From Candidatus Baldrarchaeum yapensis (GTDB taxonomy: Archaea > Asgardarchaeota > Baldrarchaeia > Baldrarchaeales > Baldrarchaeaceae): 9,522 bases of DNA. The stretch covers positions 1-9,522 of the forward strand of contig JAEOSH010000070.1 of assembly GCA_016840465.1 (NCBI GenBank), given 5' to 3'. Below the pieces are notes generated by a model. The model worked only from the letters and a program-made list of their open reading frames with translations. It searched no databases and had not been told where the DNA came from. Below are positions 6,485 through 9,522 of the stretch, piece by piece; positions within the stretch are counted from its first letter, which is position 1; each line of letters starts with the position of its first letter. The position numbers and the translations under genes were made by a program.

Positions 6485-7255
6485 TTGTATTCGGGTATAG
6501 ACTTCGATCAGATTCTAGCACGCGAAGCCCAACTTATGATAAACAGGGCACCCGGATTCGAACCAGTACATGGAGATCTTAGAAGATGGAGAGGAAAAGT
6601 GAAAACTGGGAGAAACCAATGGGTGGAAGTCGAGATAATCGTCCCAGACGGATATCCCCATGTGCCACCGGAAGTTAAGGTATTAACTCCTATCAAGCAT
6701 CCCTACGTCGATAGTCAGGGAAAACTTCATCTTCCAATTCTTGAGTCATGGCGTCCTCATTACCACTTGCACCACGTCGTCAACACAATAAAGGGCCTCT
6801 TTGTGAGGTACCCACCCGAGGAGGTCACGCCACCTAAACCTCCCCTCCACAAAGAACCATCTAAGGATATTGCAACTCTACAAAAGAAGATACAAATACT
6901 GGAAGAGCAAATAAAGGCGCTACAAAGGGAACTGCATGAAAAAGATGTTGAAATCGTACGTCTAAAAAATATGATACACTACAACATTCCTGATAGGACA
7001 ATGGCAACATCATCAAGAGATATACTTGATGAAGCCCTGCCAGAAGACCCGGAGGAAAGGTTAAGAATAGAATTGGAGTGCGAACTGCAAGCAATAGAGG
7101 ATATGTTGCATATCCTCGAAGAAAAATTCGAAGCGGGCGAAATACCCCCAGAGGACTACCATAAACTCTACACAAACTACCTGAAGCGAATGTATAAGGT
7201 CAAAAAACTTCTCGAAGGTATGAAAAAGGGTGAAGGTAGTGAAAAGAGCAGATAA
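6485..7255 (+). CDS. vps23: ESCRT-I Vps23/TSG101-like: UEV (Cys-less E2 fold), Pro-rich linker, coiled coil, steadiness box
   Basis: TTG start after GGGGGATGA. E2-fold motifs WRGKV, VPDGYPHVPPEVKVLTPIKHPYVDSQGKLHLPILESW, with His at the catalytic Cys position and HPY instead of HPN. PPEEVTPPKPP linker, heptad stretch IATLQKKIQILEEQIKALQREL, and steadiness box AIEDMLHILEEKFEAGEIPPEDY. Confidence 0.88.
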   Translation: MYSGIDFDQILAREAQLMINRAPGFEPVHGDLRRWRGKVKTGRNQWVEVEIIVPDGYPHVPPEVKVLTPIKHPYVDSQGKLHLPILESWRPHYHLHHVVNTIKGLFVRYPPEEVTPPKPPLHKEPSKDIATLQKKIQILEEQIKALQRELHEKDVEIVRLKNMIHYNIPDRTMATSSRDILDEALPEDPEERLRIELECELQAIEDMLHILEEKFEAGEIPPEDYHKLYTNYLKRMYKVKKLLEGMKKGEGSEKSR

Positions 7256-7847
7256 GACGTTAGAACTGAAAGCTGAACTTTTTGCATGTATTGCCACATT
7301 AGACAACCTCATGCGAAACTTCCAAGACGGAAAGATAGACCCCGCAACCTATAGAAGGCAGTTCAAATCGCTACTCCACGACATATTCAAGTATAAGCAG
7401 ATGCTTGAAGAAATGAACATAAACGTCGAAGACTTTATACGTGAGGAAAGACTGGACGAGAAATATCCTCTTGCAATGAGGAAATTCGCTAAGGAAGGAG
7501 AAACGGAAGCACCAGTGCTACAAACTACAACAACATCAGCAAAACTCGCAGTGAAGGCCTCCGATATAGTCGCCAACCTTATAACAATAATTGATTGTAC
7601 AAAACTCCACGATCTCGTCACAATTAAAATGATAGCACCACTTCTCGAGGAAACGATAACTCTACTTGTAAACTTCCCAGGTCTGCCTCCAAATTACTGG
7701 GTTGTCGTAGATATGAGAAACTGGCTAAATAAATTACTATCAATGGATCCGGAGGCAAAATTGGATGCTAAAACTTCTAAAGAACTGGAATTTCAGGCGG
7801 TGAGATGGTTAAACGACTTTAGGCTCCGGCTACGTGAAATGCAATAA
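7230..7847 (+). CDS. vps28: ESCRT-I subunit Vps28 (full length: N-terminal headpiece hairpin and C-terminal four-helix bundle)
   Basis: AELFACIATLDNLMRNFQDGKIDPATY...VEDFIREERLDEKYPLAM parallels eukaryotic Vps28 (AELFAVVKTMQALEKAY...IDEFCRKFRLDCPLAM). CTD LITIID...GLPPNY...NWLNKLLSM...LD...LEF. Overlaps vps23 by 26 nt; alternative start GTG 7239. Confidence 0.92.
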   Translation: MKVVKRADKTLELKAELFACIATLDNLMRNFQDGKIDPATYRRQFKSLLHDIFKYKQMLEEMNINVEDFIREERLDEKYPLAMRKFAKEGETEAPVLQTTTTSAKLAVKASDIVANLITIIDCTKLHDLVTIKMIAPLLEETITLLVNFPGLPPNYWVVVDMRNWLNKLLSMDPEAKLDAKTSKELEFQAVRWLNDFRLRLREMQ

Positions 7848-7868
7848 TAAATACTGAGGTTTTGTAGA

Positions 7869-8165
7869 ATGAGTAGAGCAACTGGCATAATAGAACTCAG
7901 AGAGCGTCTATTAAAGTTAATAGATATGGTGGAACTAAGATTAGATGCTGAGTATATATTGGAGGAATTAGATGTGATAAGATATCTTATGAAGGCATAT
8001 TTGGGTCCTAATCATCAGGTGACAAAGGAAGTAGAGGAATGGTATAATACTCTCATGCAGAAATATCGCAATAATATGGGGGAGAGGATATCGGACGATG
8101 AAAGAAAAATTCTCTCTCTTAAGGCAAGCTCTTGGTATAATATCGTAAAATCGATCTTATTTTAG
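7869..8165 (+). CDS. Stand-alone Vps28 C-terminal-domain-like four-helix protein (98 aa)
   Basis: ATG after GAGGT, operonic between vps28 and vps22/36. Aligns by eye end to end with the adjacent Vps28 CTD (LID..L, G-PN..V, W.N.L, L...A..W.N). Confidence 0.7.
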   Translation: MSRATGIIELRERLLKLIDMVELRLDAEYILEELDVIRYLMKAYLGPNHQVTKEVEEWYNTLMQKYRNNMGERISDDERKILSLKASSWYNIVKSILF

Positions 8166-8177
8166 GGGGATGAATTT

Positions 8178-8918
8178 TTGGGGCTTCATGAAATTGAGAA
8201 GAAATTGAAGATGAACGCAGCTTTTAAGCAGAAAAGATTAGAACTCATGCTCACAGAGTTGGAAATGCTGATGCAGGGAATGAGGGACCTCTCCCAAAAA
8301 CTTGAAGAGTTCGAAGAAAAATACGGAGACATAATATCTCTTCATCCGGAATATAGGAAAAAGATAGAGGATCTAAAAAGAGAACTGGGAATATCGCCTG
8401 TTGTAGAGAAAGTGGAAAAGCCGAGCTTTTGGGAGAGATTGCGCGGGAAAGGACCATTTTATAATACACTTGCGATGAAAATTCTGAGAATCGCACTTCC
8501 TCTTGCAAAGAAAACAGGCGGGATACTCACACTGGCTGAACTTCTAACGACATTAACAAAGAAATTCCCAACAATGCAAATAAAAACAACAGATGTATTA
8601 AAGGCCCTAAACGTGTTAAAAGAAGAAGGACTGATCGCAGACGTGAGAAAACTCAAAAGTGGCGTCGTATTAATTGAGGTGCTCCCGGTAGAATTATCAA
8701 ACGATCAGCACGAGGTGTTATCGCTCGCGTCCGATAAGGGATGGGTAACCCTTGATGAAGTGCTGTTGAAAACGGGTTGGACTCAAGAACGTGCACGGAG
8801 GGTGCTTAAAGAACTTGAAAACTCCGGTATTGCTGTCTTTGACCCCAATTATGCAAAGGGAGGAAGATGGTTCTTCCCGGGCCTTAAGAGTGCATCTAAG
8901 GCTAGTTCTTCCCCTTAA
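8178..8918 (+). CDS. vps22: ESCRT-II Vps22/Vps36 (EAP30 domain) subunit
   Basis: TTG start after GGGGGATGA. GLHEIEKK N-terminus, FEEKYGDIISLHPEYR...LGISP...FW...GPFYNTLAMKI...GGILTLAEL, DVLKALNVL, VLPVELSNDQHEVL, GWTQERARRVL and WFFPGL all track Vps22/SNF8. No GLUE domain. Confidence 0.92.
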   Translation: MGLHEIEKKLKMNAAFKQKRLELMLTELEMLMQGMRDLSQKLEEFEEKYGDIISLHPEYRKKIEDLKRELGISPVVEKVEKPSFWERLRGKGPFYNTLAMKILRIALPLAKKTGGILTLAELLTTLTKKFPTMQIKTTDVLKALNVLKEEGLIADVRKLKSGVVLIEVLPVELSNDQHEVLSLASDKGWVTLDEVLLKTGWTQERARRVLKELENSGIAVFDPNYAKGGRWFFPGLKSASKASSSP

Positions 8919-9288
8919 ACATTTCTTCTAAACTTTTTTCCTCCTTCTCACCTCGTCGCTTGATAGTAATTTTCGGCTCATAACCCTCTATCTTTCTCTC
9001 TAAAATCTTGACATCCACCTGGGACAACTTCGTTACCAAGGATCCCATTCGCAGCGCATCCATAATTATATTTTCTATGCGCCTCGCGACATTGGGCTTA
9101 TTCCTTTTAAGTTCAGAGAAATACTCGTACGCATCCGGTAACATCACCACCCTCATAATTTCATCCATCTTCCTCTCCATCTCCTTTCTTCTTTCCTCGA
9201 TCTTCCTACGCTCCTCAACCTTCTTCATAAGTTGAATCATCTTCCTCCGCATCAATCTCTGAAGCTCTAGATCCTCACTCTCGCCCAC
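8902..9288 (-). CDS. PDCD5/TFAR19-like double-stranded DNA-binding family protein
   Basis: GTG after GAGGAG. EDLELQRLMRRKMIQL...IMRVVMLPDAYEYFSELKRNKPNVARRIENIIM...GSL...LSQVDVKIL follows the PDCD5 pattern (DxELExIRxxRL...ILRxILTPEARERL...KPExAxxVExxL). Confidence 0.78.
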   Translation of the reverse strand: MGESEDLELQRLMRRKMIQLMKKVEERRKIEERRKEMERKMDEIMRVVMLPDAYEYFSELKRNKPNVARRIENIIMDALRMGSLVTKLSQVDVKILERKIEGYEPKITIKRRGEKEEKSLEEMFKGKN

Positions 9289-9328
9289 AGCGATCTCCTC
9301 AAAAACTTTGTAAAATATTCACTCCATC

Positions 9329-9342
9329 AGTTTATAAAAGCA
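9329..9342 (-). promoter_or_regulatory. Probable TATA box of the PDCD5-like gene
   Basis: The - strand reads GCTTTTATAAACT, about 43 nt upstream of GTG 9288, with SD GAGGAG at 9295-9300. Confidence 0.5.
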
Positions 9343-9420
9343 CTCTCAGAGGAATATCTCAGACGATAAAACGAAAAGAGCCCACCAAAAGGTTGTCTTT
9401 TGTCAAACCCTGCACCTCAA

Positions 9421-9522
9421 TCACCTCCCGCCACCTATCCGCACGAAGAGGCCGGCCAGCGCCTCCAGCATCAACATCCGCCTAACGTTGTGCGCCGCCG
9501 TCCTGAAAACAACAAACGAGGC
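9421..9522 (-). mobile_element. Probable C-terminal end of a DDE transposase (IS4/IS5/IS1182-like clan), truncated by the window
   Basis: The frame reads ASFVVFRTAAHNVRRMLMLEALAGLFVRIGGGR* (stop 9421-9423). AAHNVRR resembles the (A/Y)HN(L/I)RR helix that ends many DDE transposases. GC is 63/102 (62%), clearly higher than the flanking genes. Only 33 aa are visible. Confidence 0.5.

Noticed and set aside
6478-6582. Out-of-frame ATG uORFs at 6478 and 8170
   Set aside because: The ATG is embedded in the SD-like GGGGGATGA and lacks its own suitably spaced SD (the one at 6478 directly follows the G-run), so it is better explained as part of the ribosome-binding site.
6485-6820. Reading the 6485 ORF as an active ubiquitin-conjugating E2
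   Set aside because: His replaces the catalytic Cys, HPN is HPY, and coiled-coil and steadiness-box domains follow, which is the UEV/Vps23 architecture.
5014-9235. Remaining short alternative-frame and antisense ORFs over the ESCRT operon and PDCD5-like gene
   Set aside because: Low-complexity Ser/Phe-rich shadows of Glu/Lys-rich genes with no recognisable motifs. The same applies to the short ORFs within 1112-3245.
1-9522. CRISPR arrays, tRNA/rRNA genes, long direct repeats
   Set aside because: None seen. The window is almost fully protein-coding with only short intergenic gaps.

Overview
Archaeal DNA, most likely an Asgard archaeon: eukaryote-like ESCRT-I, -II and -III genes occur together with archaeal TATA boxes and GGAGG/GAGGT-type ribosome-binding sites. 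The core is a near-complete ESCRT locus in two divergent arms around a ~100 bp intergenic region. The left arm (- strand) carries vps4 then vps25. The right arm (+ strand) carries a Vps2/24/46-class ESCRT-III, a Vps20/32/60-class ESCRT-III, a Vps23/TSG101-like UEV protein, Vps28, a 98-aa orphan that aligns with the Vps28 C-terminal domain, and Vps22/36. Converging on vps25 is a two-gene unit: a ~500-aa Zn-ribbon / helical / PH-like / steadiness-box protein and a small 2-TM protein. Flanking genes are a Zn-ribbon CPBP (CAAX-protease-like) membrane protein with degenerate catalytic motifs, endonuclease IV (truncated by the window), a PDCD5-like protein and the probable 3' end of a DDE transposase. 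Main leads: (1) a third steadiness-box protein that could combine Vps37-like and GLUE-like roles, (2) a stand-alone duplicate of the Vps28 CTD, (3) an apparent reciprocal charge swap at the Vps4 MIT / ESCRT-III MIM1 interface. All homology calls are by-eye motif comparisons; no database searches were run.
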